Part shown: piece after piece, positions 24,440 through 38,470 of the stretch
Layout: each line of letters begins with the position of its first letter
How positions within the stretch are numbered: position 1 is the stretch's first letter
NCBI GenBank assembly: GCA_009602725.1
Contig: WELB01000021.1
Coordinates: 803,502 to 867,501 of the forward strand
DNA from: Spirogloea muscicola
Taxonomy: Eukaryota
Length of the DNA stretch: 64,000 bases
Direction: 5' to 3'
The notes under the pieces: model-generated
The model's database searches: none
What the model was told of the DNA's origin: nothing
Seen by the model: the letters and a program-made list of their open reading frames with translations, nothing else
Program-made: the position numbers and the translations under genes

Positions 24440-25350
24440 TTTTGGGCTCCGCTTCCAGGAGCCAGCTTCTCCGACCTGCGGTTGCTTAGCAGGGTGTACT
24501 GTGTTTCCCGTTGCGTCGTCCTGTGTCTAGCTCTGTCATTTTTCTTGTCGGCATCTTCTGGGCTCTTTAAGTTCTGTCCCTTCTTTTCGGGCTGGCCTCT
24601 GCCAGCCCCTCTTCTCTATGGGCGCGCACTTGCTTCTTTTGGGAGTGTATATTGAGTGATGGAGAGCGCGGCCAGATTAACTGATGGAGTCCTGGCGTGG
24701 CAGGGCCAGGCCTGCTGAAGTCTGTCGGATGTGAGGCTCCTTACTCGTAACTACTAAGTGGTCCATCCTCCCCCCTTCTGCCATAGCCTCTTCAGCCACC
24801 AGTTAATCTGGCCGCGCTTGCTCTCTTCAGGCCCCACAGTCGCTGCTTAGCTCGTAATTTGGCCCCTTCGAACCTTGTCAATTCTTTTCGGGCTGGCTTC
24901 TCACAGCCCTTGCCCCCAATGGGAGCGCCACTTCTTTCTGAAATACGAAGCTCTACTGAAAAATGAGAAGTGGCTATCACAAAAGGGGGGCAAGGGCTGT
25001 GAATAGAGGGAAGGGCTCGCCCACTGAGGATAGGGGCTGGAAAAAGCCAGCCCAAAAAAGAATGAACAAACGCCAGCCCACTTCATGATACTGAAGGGAG
25101 CTCTTCCAAAGGGGGCGGGGACTATCATGCCAGCCCATGAAGAATTGACAAGGTCGAAAGGGCCGAATGGCGCTGAAAGAACTCAGCTATGCAGGAGACT
25201 ACAGCGAGGGGAGCTTAGTAACCCCGAGTCAGCAGCCGCAAAGCGGAGCCACTAGCAGCTGGAACAGAGGCACCTCGACGACGTGGCCTGCCCGCACTGC
25301 GTGAGCAAGGGAACGTTGGAAGCGATGACGGCGAGAGGCCAGCCCAGGAG
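24440..25350. repeat. Cluster of retroelement 3' ends
   Basis: +24440-24640, +24700-24940, then - strand copies from 24985 to 25350 (LRLLTRGY*). Confidence 0.75.
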
Positions 25351-25899
25351 GTGGAGAAGACGGCGGAATCCTGCATACAAGGGGCCGTGCAATGGTTATG
25401 TTGGAAGTACAAAGATATGCGGTCTGCAGAGACAACAGTGCCTGATTCGTTGCCATGAAAACTCGGTAAAGCATGTTTAGCCATGGTCTGAATTGAAAGG
25501 GTCGTAGAGCAAATTGTATGATCCCAAATCGTACTTATTGCAAATTTCATGGCTAGCCTTCACAGCAGATCAATCTGACTGCAAAATACTAAGCAACAAG
25601 TACGACCATTGAGATTGTAGTAGCTTCTACCTACTACTCAGCATCGTCCTCAGCTTCACACAAACACAAGAGGGAGGCTCTTAAGTCACTCGGTCACTTG
25701 CAGAGCACTCCATGACCAAATTAGTAAGTACACTTTATCACTAGCCATGTGCCGGTAAATATGTACAACCTAAATATACCTGCTACAGAAGTCACTCAGT
25801 GTCTACAAGATTCACATGCCAAGTTGCACTGCGTACTCATTGTACTCTGTGACTGCAACTAGGTAGCAGCAGCTTAGAGTTACAATCAGATACAAATGG

Positions 25900-26535
25900 G
25901 AAGGCCTAGGCTAGGCTGCACTTTGTTGTCATTGCATCTGGTTGAATGCGCTCATTACTGCGATTCCTTGGACTGCACAGATGCCTTTTGCCCTGTTCAA
26001 AGAATCTATTGAGGTCCTCGCGGGGTACCAAGCCTGCACAAGATCACGGGCATGTCTCTTAATGTCAGTGCGACTGCCATTGTGTGGATTACTTAGGTCC
26101 CAAAATTGCTTTCCAGTTGTTACAGCTAGCCAGTTGACCACTTTCAGTCTGTGGCAAGGCCCTTGAGCCTCATATGGTTGCTGAGGAATGTTGTCGCTGA
26201 TTTGTTCCCGTCAGAGAAAAGACGTGCTGCATCCAATGCCGCAACTTAGTAGCAGTGTTGCTTGCGTGTCTCACCCGAATAATCTCATGGCATGCACGTT
26301 GTGCATCATCCACTGCTTGCAAGAATCATGACACAGGATCTTGCACAAGGACAGCATTGACAGGAGTCTGCCTTTGCAGCTCCTGCATCGCTGATTGTAT
26401 GATAGCTTCCGCTTGTTGCAACACAGGAAGCAGCAACGAGGCCTCCTGTCTTGCGTTTTGTTGGCTGTACGCTTGCCAATGCTGCAACAGATACGTCATT
26501 GTTCTGGAGATTACGTCTCGAGCAGCCAGGACGAC
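25900..26535 (-). pseudogene. Helical-exon family, copy B
   Basis: Exon 26535-26275 has one TGA and ends FLQAVDDAQRACHEIIR|GT. An exon from 26033 begins AWYPAR. Confidence 0.6.
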
Positions 26536-27409
26536 CTGCGACCACAGAGCTAGCAGGTGCAAATTGGTCAAGCATGCATATGACACTTGACTATTTTGGA
26601 AGTCACTTCAAGTCAACAGAAAGTAACAATAGAAGCCTCAAAGAATACCAGTCTTGCTCATGAAAATGCTAGCTGTAGCCTCAAGATCCTGGCACTTAGG
26701 TTAGTGAGAGGCCTGACCACATCTTTGCTGGTAAGACCTTGCCTGATAAAAACAAGAAGTACTTTGAAATCTCCATGCTACGTGGTGCACTTAGCAAAGG
26801 CAGAGAGAAATGGCAATGCTGCAATCAGAGGGTGGCATGCTCACAGGCTGTGCTTGTGTCGGGGTGAGGATAGTCGCATATCTAGTTCCACCACATGGAT
26901 AATGGCCATGACGAAGATTGGGAGCTGTGCCGAATGTCGCACTTGGCCACATGGTGTCCAGGTGCAGGAGAACGGTAGCTGCAGCACAAAGTCAAAAGCA
27001 CGTAGCTGCTGGGGCCTTTCCAGAGTGCGTCCGCAAGCGCCAAGTGCTGAAGGCTCCCCAGCAGAGCCAGTCGGAACACCCCGTTACGTCGGAAGACTTC
27101 GATTGGACTCTGGAGCAGGCAGCTGGCAGGGTGTCAGCATTGCATGGACCTCGAGTAGCGGCGCGAGCGCAGCACTGAGGGGGGCAGGCGGGCAAGGAGC
27201 AGGGGGTTGTCTTGTGCGGCGCTTGGCTTCTGCGCAGCTCCTATGTGATGGCGTACCGACGGTGGTGGGCGCGCACCGCCACGCCAGGATGGTGGGATGG
27301 CGGCAGCGGCGTCGCGGGGTCGCCGGGCCCCGCCCCTAGCTAGATTGACTAAGGGCGGAAAAGCCCAAGTGGCGCCGTCGAGAAGTGGAACTTCCGTCTG
27401 ACTCAACCA

Positions 27410-29000
27410 ACTTGTCGTTTCTCTTGTGGGCTGGGAGCTTTTTACGGCTCTTTCTGAACCTTATTTCAATTTGATTTGTGGGCTGGCTTTGACAGCCCTC
27501 GCCCCCTCTATAGGAGCTACTTTTCCTTCTATCATCAGTCCTCGCCCCCTTTCTTTTCTTTCCTCTAGAACAGCCACCCTCTTTGACAAAGCTTACTTCT
27601 TCTTTGAAAGAGCTGGTCACCCTTAGCAAGAGCTGCTTCATCCACTTACAGCCATCGCCCACTGTCAAAGAGCTCCTTCTTCCGTTGCTGGTGCTGCTTG
27701 TCCGGCGGCTCTGCCACTTTCTTCCTAGGCTCGTATGGCCACCCAGCCACCGGTCCCCAGGAGCGCACTCTTTCGGCTCAAACACTTTTCATGGGCCAGG
27801 CGCTGATGGTGGCTGCAAGTTGCACAATGCATGGACCACGTCAATCGTAAGTCCATCTTTACCTGTGGACACCACAATGAGGGGGCTAGTTCAGCAGAGC
27901 GCCTCCCAAGGCAGGCAATGCTGGTATTAATCGGCGTAGCTTGCAAAATCGAAGCTGCAGCTGACATACCTTAAGGTTCTGAATGCCACAAAATGCTGGG
28001 GAGGACGCCTACACTTGCCTACATCCTTTAACTTGCACATCAGGATGACGCGGTTTTGAAAGAGAAGAAGGGCACTCGTGTTGCTGTGGGGAACAATCAT
28101 CTGGAATTGACTCAATGTGACAGCACGCTTTTACTCAATAAGAACACTAACTTTGTTGTGCATCTTCAAGGTTGTTCCACACACTGAAGTCTGGCATACA
28201 ATGTCAATGTGCTTGATCAAGGCGGAAAGAGGCTCACATAACCACGTGGTTATCTGATTGCTGTGAAAGGAGAAGCAACTCTTCCAGAAGGTGGCGAGGG
28301 CTGTGAAAGGCCAGTCCTTAGGCCAGCTCAAAACCGGCTGGGGTCGGTCAGGCTCGACACAGCGCAAATCCAGGAAATCTTCCAGGAGTGGGCGAAATGC
28401 TTTGAAACAAAGGTACCTTCTCAAGAGGCGGCGATGGCTGTGAAAGACCCGCCAGAATAAGTGCAGCCGGACCACAACCGGACTCCTTGAGACCCTGTTC
28501 GATCTTCTCAAGCTGGTCCTTCATGGCCATCACACCCGTTGGAAGAGCTGCTTCAATGGACCTTGTTCAGTCGTTTTGGGTTGGCCTTCCACAGCCAATC
28601 CCCCTTTTCTTCTGACAGCGATGCTTCTTCATCCTGGGCAGGCCTTTCCTCGCCACGTTTTAAAGAGCTTACTTTCTCCTCTACAAAGCCATCCCGCCTT
28701 CGGAAGGGCTTCTTCTCTTGGACCTGTCCACATTTTCTGGCTGGCCTCTTGCACAGCCAATGCCCCTCGTGAAAGAGCTTCTCCGAACAAGTTTGGCAGC
28801 ACGACTCGCGTTTGTCTTGTTCATTCTCTTCTAGCTCTCTTCCTCTGATTGGCTGCTCGAGTCCGTCCCTCGTAAGGAGCGAGGGACGGACCCAAATTCT
28901 CCTGAGTAGTAAGGAGTGTCCCATGTCCTCTGGACCTCGGTCATTCTTGTGTGGGCTGGCTGTTCAACCTCGCCCTCTTTGAAGGAGCCGCTTCTTCCTA
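27410..29000. repeat. Array of short stem-loop (SINE-like) copies
   Basis: Repeated GGGCTGGC...CAGCC...G(G/A)A(A/G)GAGCT units at about 27425-27680(+), 28260-28460(-) and 28560-29000(+). Confidence 0.7.
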
Positions 29001-30944
29001 TGGCCTCCTGAAACAGGCGGGTCTTCTCTGCTGGGGCCGTCCCTGTTTGGTTAAGCCACATGGCTCTGTTGGCATTACATGACCGGCTATTTGGGACACG
29101 TGGGCCCGCCAGGTGGCGGGCTGGCTTGCCGGGCAAGTGGCCCGTCCAGAAATACCCTCGCCAGGTTCCACCTTGCGAAGGGGGGACCTTGGGCCCGCCC
29201 GCAAGGGCAGGCCTTGGAGCGACCCGCTCACACCCCTGGAGGGGGGGTGGCACGGGGAAGCACGAAGAGCCTTGGGGGCTGAGGCTCGGGGAAGTTTCGA
29301 GCCGGTGAAGCCCAGGAGCAGCCTTGCTGCTGCTCGCCGCCGCAGCCGCCGCCGCACCTTGCTGCGGGGCCTGCTGCGCCGGCCTGCGCCCAGGAGGTGG
29401 AGTCGCCGCCGGACGGCGGCGCCACAGGGCCTGTCTTCCGCTGCGCCTATGCGCTAGTGCTTTGCCTGTGTAGTGGGTTGGTCCCTAAACCCCCTACAGC
29501 CAAACTTAAGAAGGACTGCTCACCCTAACTGCGTGTGTAGGGCGAGGTTCCTTACAGTCCCGCTACTCACGGCCGCGCGCGACTTGCCTCCTTTTTGCAA
29601 AGTTGACTGGGGGAGCGCTGGTACTTTCCAGAATCAGCAGTGGCTGGGAGACCGGGCGATTGGGCTCTCACACGGATGCTGACTCTCGCAGATGCAGAGG
29701 CCCGCAGTGGTCTCGTCGGGGTGCCTATTTCCAACTGCAAGTTACGCCGACTTGTGGCCGCTGACTCGGGAATACTAAGATCCCATTTGCTGGAGGCTCT
29801 TACAGAGTGGGTTTGGCGCCTTTCGGCCCTTGAACTCTGACCATTCTTTCTGGCTGGCCACTCACAGCCCCCGCCCTTCTGGAAGAACTTCCTCGTTTGT
29901 CAGGCTGCGAATCGCCGAGAGTCCGTGGCTCACCACCTGAGATAGCGGCAGCGGCGGGCACGCCGCGCCCACGCTGCTGCTGGCTAGACAACAAGCGGCC
30001 CGAACAGCGTGAAGCAGTGGGGTCCGCACGTGGCCGTAACAGCAAATCCACTTTCACCTTGGACGCAACACGTCCTTGTCGTCTCTTTCAAAGAATTTTT
30101 TTTTGCTGGGATCACCAGACTTGTGCCTCGCGGCACCGACCACGACGCAGCGCAGGGTGGCGGCCTACTCCCGCCAGATTCCCGCCAAGCAATTTCAGAG
30201 TCTCTCCTGGAAGCGTCGTTTCTTCGTCTTTCTCCGTTGCTTTCCAACTCCTTCTCCCCCATTTCCCCGGGGCAAAGCGGCCATATGGGCGAAGATAATT
30301 GCCTCGCCCATCGTTTTGCCGCTTTTCAAGCAGACCGCGGCGCGCCTTTCTCTCCCGTCGGCGCGCCCGTGTTTACCGCTCCTTTGCCTCTCGCCCTTGC
30401 TTGGCTCTCAGCTACCGGACCAGAGAAGCCCCTTCCCACCATCAGCAAAGCTCTGCAGCAGCTCCACCGCCGCCCCTGCCGCAGCTCGTGCTCGCGGTGT
30501 GGCGCTCATCGCTGCGTCCTGGCCCGGTCATTGCTTCTGGCCGTCTTGCCTCTGCATCAGCATGGGCTGGCACTCGAGGCCCCAGCTGCCAAGCTCGTTC
30601 AGTGCCTGCTTCTTGCAGGTCCGCTTCCGTGATTCTGGAGGTGGATACGCCACACTGTAATGTCTGAAATGGCCAATGCTGCTGCTGCTGCTGCTGGACG
30701 CGACAATGCACCGGCAGTAGAGGTGAGCTGGTCGAGCAGATCACGACATACTCTTGCATCTGTGGCGTTTTGCAAATGACAAACGCATTTGATTTGTATT
30801 CGTGCTGACTTGCGGGTTCGACACACGACCAGCTAGCACTACAGCCTGTCTGCGGTCCTAAGCTGTCTTGCTCCTGCTGTGTTGCTTGCTGCATTGTTGC
30901 GATCTGCCTGGCTCGCGCAGAGCTTAGCTTCTCATTAGACAGCA

Positions 30945-32950
30945 GGAGTGTCTGCCCTTGGACAGGAGAGTGACTTCTACTCTGCTGCCATTGTGAAAGT
31001 GGAGAAATCTGCGTTCACGATCTTGCCAGGGTGGACATTCGACGGCCATGATGATCTGGAGAAGATCAAGACCTTGTCTCAGGACCTGGTATATTGCAAA
31101 CAGCAGGTTGAGGAGCTGAATGTACAGCAAAAAATGTGTACCGAAAAGGATGATAACCTCATTATGCATCAGGCACAGCAAGATGCGGCTGGCAAGCTTG
31201 TGGAAGCAATTAGAGAAGCTCATCGGGAATGCAGTACCATATTGAAGGTCAGCAGACTAGCGTGATTCTTACCGCCAATACTGCAAGAGTGCATGTGTCA
31301 ATCATCTGCTCCTCATTGAAGTACTCATTGAGGGCTAGAAATGATGGCTTGATGTACAATGCATGGAGCAGCTTCAGGAATATAAGTTCGCAGGAGCATC
31401 TGAAGCATTTGTGCTGGTGCTTACACACTTGGACTGAGCCCGTTCAGATCAGTTCGCACACAGAAGATGTCCATGCATGGCGCCCCTTGCAGAATCGTTG
31501 CGTTATTTTGACTGTAAGAAGCTGCTGTAGGCCTGGCTCCCAGGCCGCTGTTCGAAGCGTCCCCTCTGCATTGCTCGAGGAGTCTTTGAGGTTCGACATG
31601 CCATTTATGTGGGGCTCCTAAAGGCTGCACAGAAGACCAAGGTGACAGTCTTGCCTCAGCAGCTGTGGCTTGCGAAGGTCAATCGACAGCTAGGATAATG
31701 CATATGTTGACGTTCTAATGCATGATATACTTCTGGTCTCAAGTTGGTCATCTGCAGCCTGTGAATTTGCTGTGCACAACAATGTACAGGCATACAATTC
31801 AAAGTGACCTGCCTGTCACCGACCTTGGTCCTGCTCGTGACACAAAGCGGAAAATTGGGCGCCAAGCCCAGCTGGGAGAGGTGCCCTTATAATCAGGATG
31901 ATCGTGCCTACTCGTAGTATTTGCTCATCAAGAGGCTTGGCTTCGGCGTGGCCTTGTCGAGAACTAGGATTTACTCGTAGTTTGTAGATCGTTACTCGTA
32001 GTTCCACGTCCTCTGCAGGATACATAAGCCCTCATACCTGTGAAGCAAGAGTTCGCTTGGATGATATGACAAGGTCAATGAGTAGAGCTGTAGATCTAGT
32101 GTAGCTATACAGGTAATCTGCATAGTGGCATCAGACAACGTTCTTTCTTGAAGTCAAAACTCGTACTGAAACTTGGAGAGAGGTTAACAAGGACATATTA
32201 CACAAGACCATGTTGGAACAAGAATTCTGTTCTCTGACATTTCTTCAATGTCTTATGATATCAAGTCCTGACGAAAGCTACACAAGCTAGTAAAGCTGTA
32301 CCCACGATATCGACAAGCTGTGGCTGACATGGACCATCAGACATCCTATCATTCTGTCGATCAACATAGCTATGTTGAATCTGTTTGCATGCTAGTGCCC
32401 AACCATGGCGGAGCCCTGCGCCAAGTACTTATTGAGCCATTCTTCCCAGGCAGTTGTGCAATGAATGTTCTGCCCAACGTGGCCTTCAGCATAGGTAATC
32501 TTGCAGGAGATAGGTCAGCTACCCTCTACGGTGAGTCTCTGCAAGATATCATTGAGCCGAAGTAGCTTGCCTGAACAGGGATTCTCCAGATATACTCGTC
32601 AGCAGATGAGTACATGTGTGTCGAAGCTGACTATGTGGTGAAGCCCAAGCTGAAACTGCTCAGTAAGACATGGAACGACTTGAAAGGCTTGTAAGGCAGA
32701 GCCACAGAGGGTGCACTAAACTGGCAATCCTCAGGCGCAAGTTCTCGGGCAACTAAAATGGTACTTGACAGAGCTGCCTGCTTGTACCGTTCCGTGGTCA
32801 CCATGTCCTGCACCGGTTCGATGTGGGTTGATTTAATGTGAGCAGGTGCCGTTGGGTCGAGGGCTAGGAATAAGGCCAGCAGATGCAGCAACCTGTGACG
32901 AAGTAATCTATAACGCACATGTCAGGAGGTCGTGGGTGATTGCTGATCAA
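30945..32950 (+). pseudogene. Helical-exon family, copy C
   Basis: Exon ending 31247 reads ..KLVEAIREAHRECSTILK|GT. Exon 31531-31641 reads AWLPGRC...FEVRH. Downstream exons contain stops. Confidence 0.6.
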
Positions 32951-33849
32951 TACACTCGTTATGGAACTCCTTCTTACTATCATTATTTGGTCATGGCTCG
33001 CTATGATCATTCCTATAATTTCCTCGTTGTTGCTTGCATGATGCAGCCTGCCTGCATGGATGAGTCTACCTCATCCATGCAGGTGTACCTAAATTGCGCA
33101 CCTAAATATACATCGCGCTCTCCAAGCTTGCTTTGATTCCTCGCGGTTGTGCAGAAATATCCAAAAGTTGGTGCAAATAATATCCCTGACCTGTTCACTT
33201 TTCACCTGCATGATGTTCGGCTGCCTGCGTAGTGTTGCTCAAAGTGCTTGAGTGCTTTGCGGACGAGGAAGTCCCAATCTGAATGAGACTTCAAGATCCA
33301 GTAAAACGCTGAGCATTTACGAACATCCTTGTGAGCCAGGTGCACAATAGCACCAGCTGTGTCATCAAGAAGGCCGTCGTTCGAATAAGCTGCCTGTCTA
33401 AATTGCTGTTCCTTCGGGTTCCTGAATGCTCAGTCCGGGTGATCCTTAATGGCAGGTAATAAGGAAGACTTTCAGTAAGACAAGCGACCAAGCAAAGAGA
33501 AGCTACTGCTGGTGGCCAATCAAGGCCTTGTCTCGATCGTTGCAATCATCTCACCATTGATTGCCTCCAATGTTGATTTCCATTGTACACCCGTCTGGAC
33601 TTAGCTAGCCGGCCCCAGCATAAGTATCTCTTTCCCGTATTGGCTTATTTTACAGACCTGCTAACATGTGGCTGCTGTAGATGAACAAGTGGGCATCACT
33701 GCCACGATTAGCGGGGTGCATTGTTGCCTTGCTAGCGCCCCAGTAGCGCAGCATGGCGGCGAGGCGAGCTGGACTGAAGAAGCCTCGTGGGCGTACCAAG
33801 CATGGAGGATCAAAACTTATCCTACCATGAGACGACAGTCGGAGCACAG

Positions 33850-34020
33850 CCGATTAGGCAAAGCGTCTACATTGCGCATTGTGGCAGCAAGGGTGGAGCA
33901 GCTACGAGCTTGTTGGGCACAATGCAGAAACTTGGCTACCACAAGGTGCGATGTCTCGTCGATCGTGAGGCAGTCGGAGGGGCGCAGCAGGAGACTAAGG
34001 AGCAAGTTGCATGGCTGAGG
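33850..34020 (+). pseudogene. TIR-domain-like fragment
   Basis: SVYIAHCGSKGGAATSLLGTMQKLGYHKVRCLVDREAVGG resembles the TIR betaA-alphaA-betaB pattern (VFISH.G..K..A..L...L..LG...F.D). The later part of the domain was not recognised. Confidence 0.4.
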
Positions 34021-37000
34021 GCACGGGCCTTGAGCTTAGAGTGCAGACATTTGGCCCTGAGCGAGGCCTGGGTGTTCGCCTAAGGGCTTAGCAAGCAGCC
34101 CTGTCGCAGCCTTTGTTCAGGTAGCCAGCCGACCAGAATGGCTGCCGTCCGGACACGCTCAGGGAAGCCACATGGTCAGATCTGATCCGAAGAATTGTCC
34201 ATCCAACCGTCTAGAGATTAATAGAAATCAAAAGACATGATAAGAACTTGCGTACTATATCGTCATCTATCACAAGCTCCTGCTGGTGTAAGCTAGGAGG
34301 CATGCCAGGACGGACAAGGACTGAAATCGATGTCTCTTAGTGACCCCAATTGCCGAGTGGCTGTTGCCACTTGTCAGGCCTGCCCCTGAGCCTGAGGTCA
34401 ATGGCAGGCGCCTAGTCCAAGTCGTAGCTGTACCTTCAGCCACGCCTCAACAGTACTCCTAATAAGCAAGGTCCTTGTGGTCAACAAGCTGCTTTGTGGC
34501 CACTGATAATGTGGAGGCTGGCCCTTGTGACGACCTTACCCTGTAATATGTGATTGGCGGGCCCTCCATTACCTCAATGCGCGCTTTTCTGCCGAGATCC
34601 TCCACTTGTCCAAGTTGTCCATGTTGCCTTGCCACTTATCGTGGTTTGGCTAGGCTCCGTGTGAGAATAGCATAAACTTGGCGGCCCTCATTTAATCAGC
34701 CAACACTGCTTGCTTCTACTCACCTGTAATTCTGGCGCTGGACAACGAAGCAAGCTACATTCACGGCGCTGATGCTCACCCTGGTGATGCTCTCTGTACA
34801 TCGAATTATTAAGAGACCGGCAGCTCCACGAATAGTGAAGCTGCAATCTGTCATCCTTCTTGTGTGCCTTCAAAGCCCTAAGACTCGGCTACCCGGTGTG
34901 GTACGTCCTACCATGCCTAAGCTATTGCTGGGCTGAACTTCGCTCCTCTGAGATGGAAAGGAAGGCCGCAGTTGCCGTCGGAGCAGACTTCCTCTCTTTG
35001 CAGGCGGTAGGTGGAGTGAGCCGACCAGGAAGGGCATAGCATCTGCAGGATTGCGTCTACAGGCGGCTTGCTCGTGGCTGCGCCGCTGGTCCGTGCCGAA
35101 CCTCTTACATTGGGATCCTGGCGCAGGCGAGGCCTTTAAGAAGGCAGGGAGGCTTCACGTTGGCAGCTCTGTCCTCCATGACATAGCCAAGCCTAGCCAC
35201 TTGAGGCAGCCCTCGGCCAGCTACCTCGCTCGCTTCCTCTGTACTTGGCCGCTCTGGCCACGTCCATCCCATGGGGCAACTCAGGCCTGCCCTTCGTGGA
35301 CCCGAAGGAATTCTTTCAAATAGGGCGTCAAGCTGAAATCTTTCTTTCTTACTCCACTCGATCCGCCGGACCTGGCCCGTTTCAACATTCCTGTCAGGTG
35401 TGCCACGAAGACGGCCGCCTGCTGGCATACAGTCTGCTGTCACCCGCCTCTGTGGACGTCCTGCTGCAAATGTGTTGATCTATCAAAAAGGAAGGCAGCA
35501 TATACAGAGCTAATGACTACGTGTAAAAGTCATGCAGCTCAAAAGTCCATCAATGCTCGGGCCGCCATGCTTGCCCTGCATAGTGAGTTGATACTGCAGA
35601 AGAATGCGTCAGTGTAATGCAACACCATGGCTACATTTGGGCCTGGGAGCAAGTTCTTCCAGGATAACGTCCTCCAAGCCAGGCACCATTTAAAGGAGCA
35701 AGCTAGAGAATTTGCAGCTACTTGCGAGACCGACTTGCTGCCGTGGAACTTGTGCATCTGCAGGAAACTTGTCCATCGGATGAATGTGTCGTGGCGACAC
35801 TCACAGTTGGGCACTAATATATGCTGGAATTTGCAGAGACTAAGACTAGGAATGAACAACGTGCGGTCACTGCATATCCGCCTTTAATTGACCAACTTCC
35901 CGCCTGTAAGAGCTTCAAAATCTGGGCTGTGGTCATCCAGGATAAGAAAGAAGCGAGTCCAGTCGCAAGCCAGCTGCCAAGCCTCGTCACCATTAACAAG
36001 ATGCAAACAAGTTGCAAGTGTACCAGCGATTACAGGCCACTACGAGACAGTACACCAGAGCAAAGTGGCAGCGCCAATGCACCCCACGAATGCAGGGCAC
36101 TAGCTTACCAGTCATTCAAACGTAACACAATTATGAAGCGGTTAAGAGGCACTCTTCACGCTCTGTCTGACCCAAACACTACACCCACACCCTAAGCCTT
36201 TACCAGCATTTAGACAAAGATTTTGTCTTTAGCAATTTGTCAATCTAGCCTGGCACCGAAAGGGGATCAGAACCGCAGCTTTCTGATGTCTCAAGGATGA
36301 AGAGCCACTTTCTCTGCAAGTAGAACCGAAGCATATGAGGTCATGCAATCGAGTATCGGTTACCTATGCCTGCTTGCTGATTATGCAGGCATTGAAGCAT
36401 TCATGTGATTGAAGATGAAGAAGTCATTATCATAGGTAGTCAGCACAGATGTGAGCATCAGGCTTGTCTGTGTAATATGTTTATGAGCCTTGCCGCCCGA
36501 ATTGGACAACAACATCTGCTGTTGGTCAGGCTGTGGTACGACATGTTCTTATCCAGTCAATCAAGTCAGACCTCTGTAACTAATGTTCTAGGTAGGTGAT
36601 CAAACCTTAACCCATCCATCACCTAAAGCCTTCAGGTGATGCTCTGCTTCAACCCCCCCCTTGGAAGCGGGCTCTCCATAGAAGGAAGCTTCTGCAGCGT
36701 CAGAATCTCACAGGAATCTGGAGGAATCACGCCCCAAAATCCCTTCCTCCGAGGCTGCCGTTGGCGGAGTTGCAGTGTACTCCCTCTACCGGCGCGCTCG
36801 ACCACCCAAGTAGGGGCCTGCGAGTTTGTAAGATTTTCATTTCTGTGACCAAATGGGCGGCGCCAAGGGGGCTGTTGTGGGCCCCATCAGCAGGGCTGTT
36901 GAGGCTTCACAGACTCGCGCCCGAATGGGCCCACTGTGGGCGCGCGCGGCAGTGGGGGGGGCCGCGAATGCAGAGAGGAATCTCGGCCAAAGATCCAAGA

Positions 37001-37129
37001 ATCTTTCCTGGAATCTGCGGAGTTACCCTGCTTCGGAGCGCCCATTGCGGGGGGCTGGTGCCTGGCCAGGTCACGGGACCTCCCGCACGGGCAATGGGGT
37101 GTGTGCGACAATCAACGTACCTTGTAAAG

Positions 37130-38370
37130 AAATGGCAAGCGCGGCCAGATTAATTGGTGGCTGGGAGAGGCCAGCCCGAAGGAATGGACAAGGTCTGAAG
37201 GTAGGAGCCGGAGTGCTCAGGACAGAGACAGCAGAAAAAAAATGCTCGCCCATAGGAAAAGAGCGGCTAGCAAAGCCAGCTTAGAAAAGAATGGAAATAA
37301 AGCACCGCATGGACCCCCCCGCACGCACCTCCCCCCGCAACCCACCCATCTTAGCCGCCCGCCCAAGCGGGGGCGCCGCTCCCCACATCCCCGCGATGGC
37401 CGCCGCAGAAGGCGCCGCCGGTCGCGGCAAAGTTTCATGCGTCGCCCCCTTCGCCATTCATGACAGAAAGAAAGTGGCTCTCCCAATGGGGGCTCTCTCA
37501 ATGGGTAAAGTTGCACCACATCTTCAGTTCACCAGCGGCATGTTCAAAGGAAGTCGGCGCTCTTAGTGATCAACTGCGCCGCCCCAGCACGGCGAGCCAT
37601 TCACATTCTCTGCGCACGCCTTTCCACGGAATTTTCTTCTTGGGCTGGCGTTGTCAGCCCCTCTTCTCCAAGCGGAATTTCGTGTATTTTGATAAAAACG
37701 AAGGCCAAATGGCCTTCGTTCTGTTTAGCGAGCCCTTCCCCTTTCCACGGAATTTCGGCAAACCGACTCAAGCAACCTTCGTGGTAGTTGCATCGCTACG
37801 TGATATGAAGCTTTCGTTGGAGGGATTGACGAAGACCGAAGGGGCCGGAAGTGGGGCGAGGGGTTGTGAAAAGGCACTTCACAAACGAATGAACGAAGGG
37901 AAGCTGAACGGGGTTCATCGCCCACCCCTTCTGATGAAGCTTCTGATATCTTCAGACTGCCCACTTCGCGATGTGAAGCGCGTGCCGGATCTCGTGCAGC
38001 GAATCCCGCCGGGAATCGAGGTGCCGCCCTCGTGCCCGGCCCAAGCCGGGAGCGGGGCCGGTGGCGACGGCAGCGGCGGCGGTCGGCGTCCACAGTGGCC
38101 CAAACGCTGGAGGCCGGCCGTCCTCACGGCCAATTAGTGAGGCAGGCACACGTGCCAGCCGGGAGGGAGGGAGGAGAGGGAGGGAGGGAGGGAGGGGCCC
38201 GGGAAAAGAGTAGGGGGAAGGAGGGGAGAGTGGGCGGGGCATGGGGAAGTGGAGAGGGAGGGGGTCGGGGAGGGAGAGGAATTGCATTTCCGAGTGAGGA
38301 GGGAAAGAGAGAAGGGCTCGCCCACTGAGGATAGGGGCTGGAAAAAGCCAGCCCAGAAAAGAAAGGGAAG
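37130..38370. repeat. Stem-loop copies upstream of the PstS-like gene
   Basis: Copies near 37150, 37240, 37630, 37850 and 38303-38365. The last ends about 105 bp before the ATG. Confidence 0.7.
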
Positions 38371-38470
38371 GGGTTTAGTGACAGGGCCCTGCGTATATGA
38401 GGGCTCCCCAGCCACCACTTTGCTTCCCCAGCGCGCTCTAGCCCTCCCCGCGCCCCTCAGCCTAGCAGCC

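Noticed and set aside
26800..26830. RNGNAAI resembling the TnpB/Fanzor RuvC-III motif
   Set aside because: No upstream zinc finger or other RuvC motifs, and it is antisense to family copy B's region.
27410..29000. CRISPR-like array of recurring GGGCTGGC...CAGCC units
   Set aside because: Spacing is irregular, orientation is mixed, the units are degenerate and there are no cas genes. They match retroelement 3' ends.
36251..36320. tRNA-like 3' end on the - strand (GGTTCTGATCCCC...GGTGCCA)
   Set aside because: No matching acceptor 5' strand, D-arm or anticodon arm.
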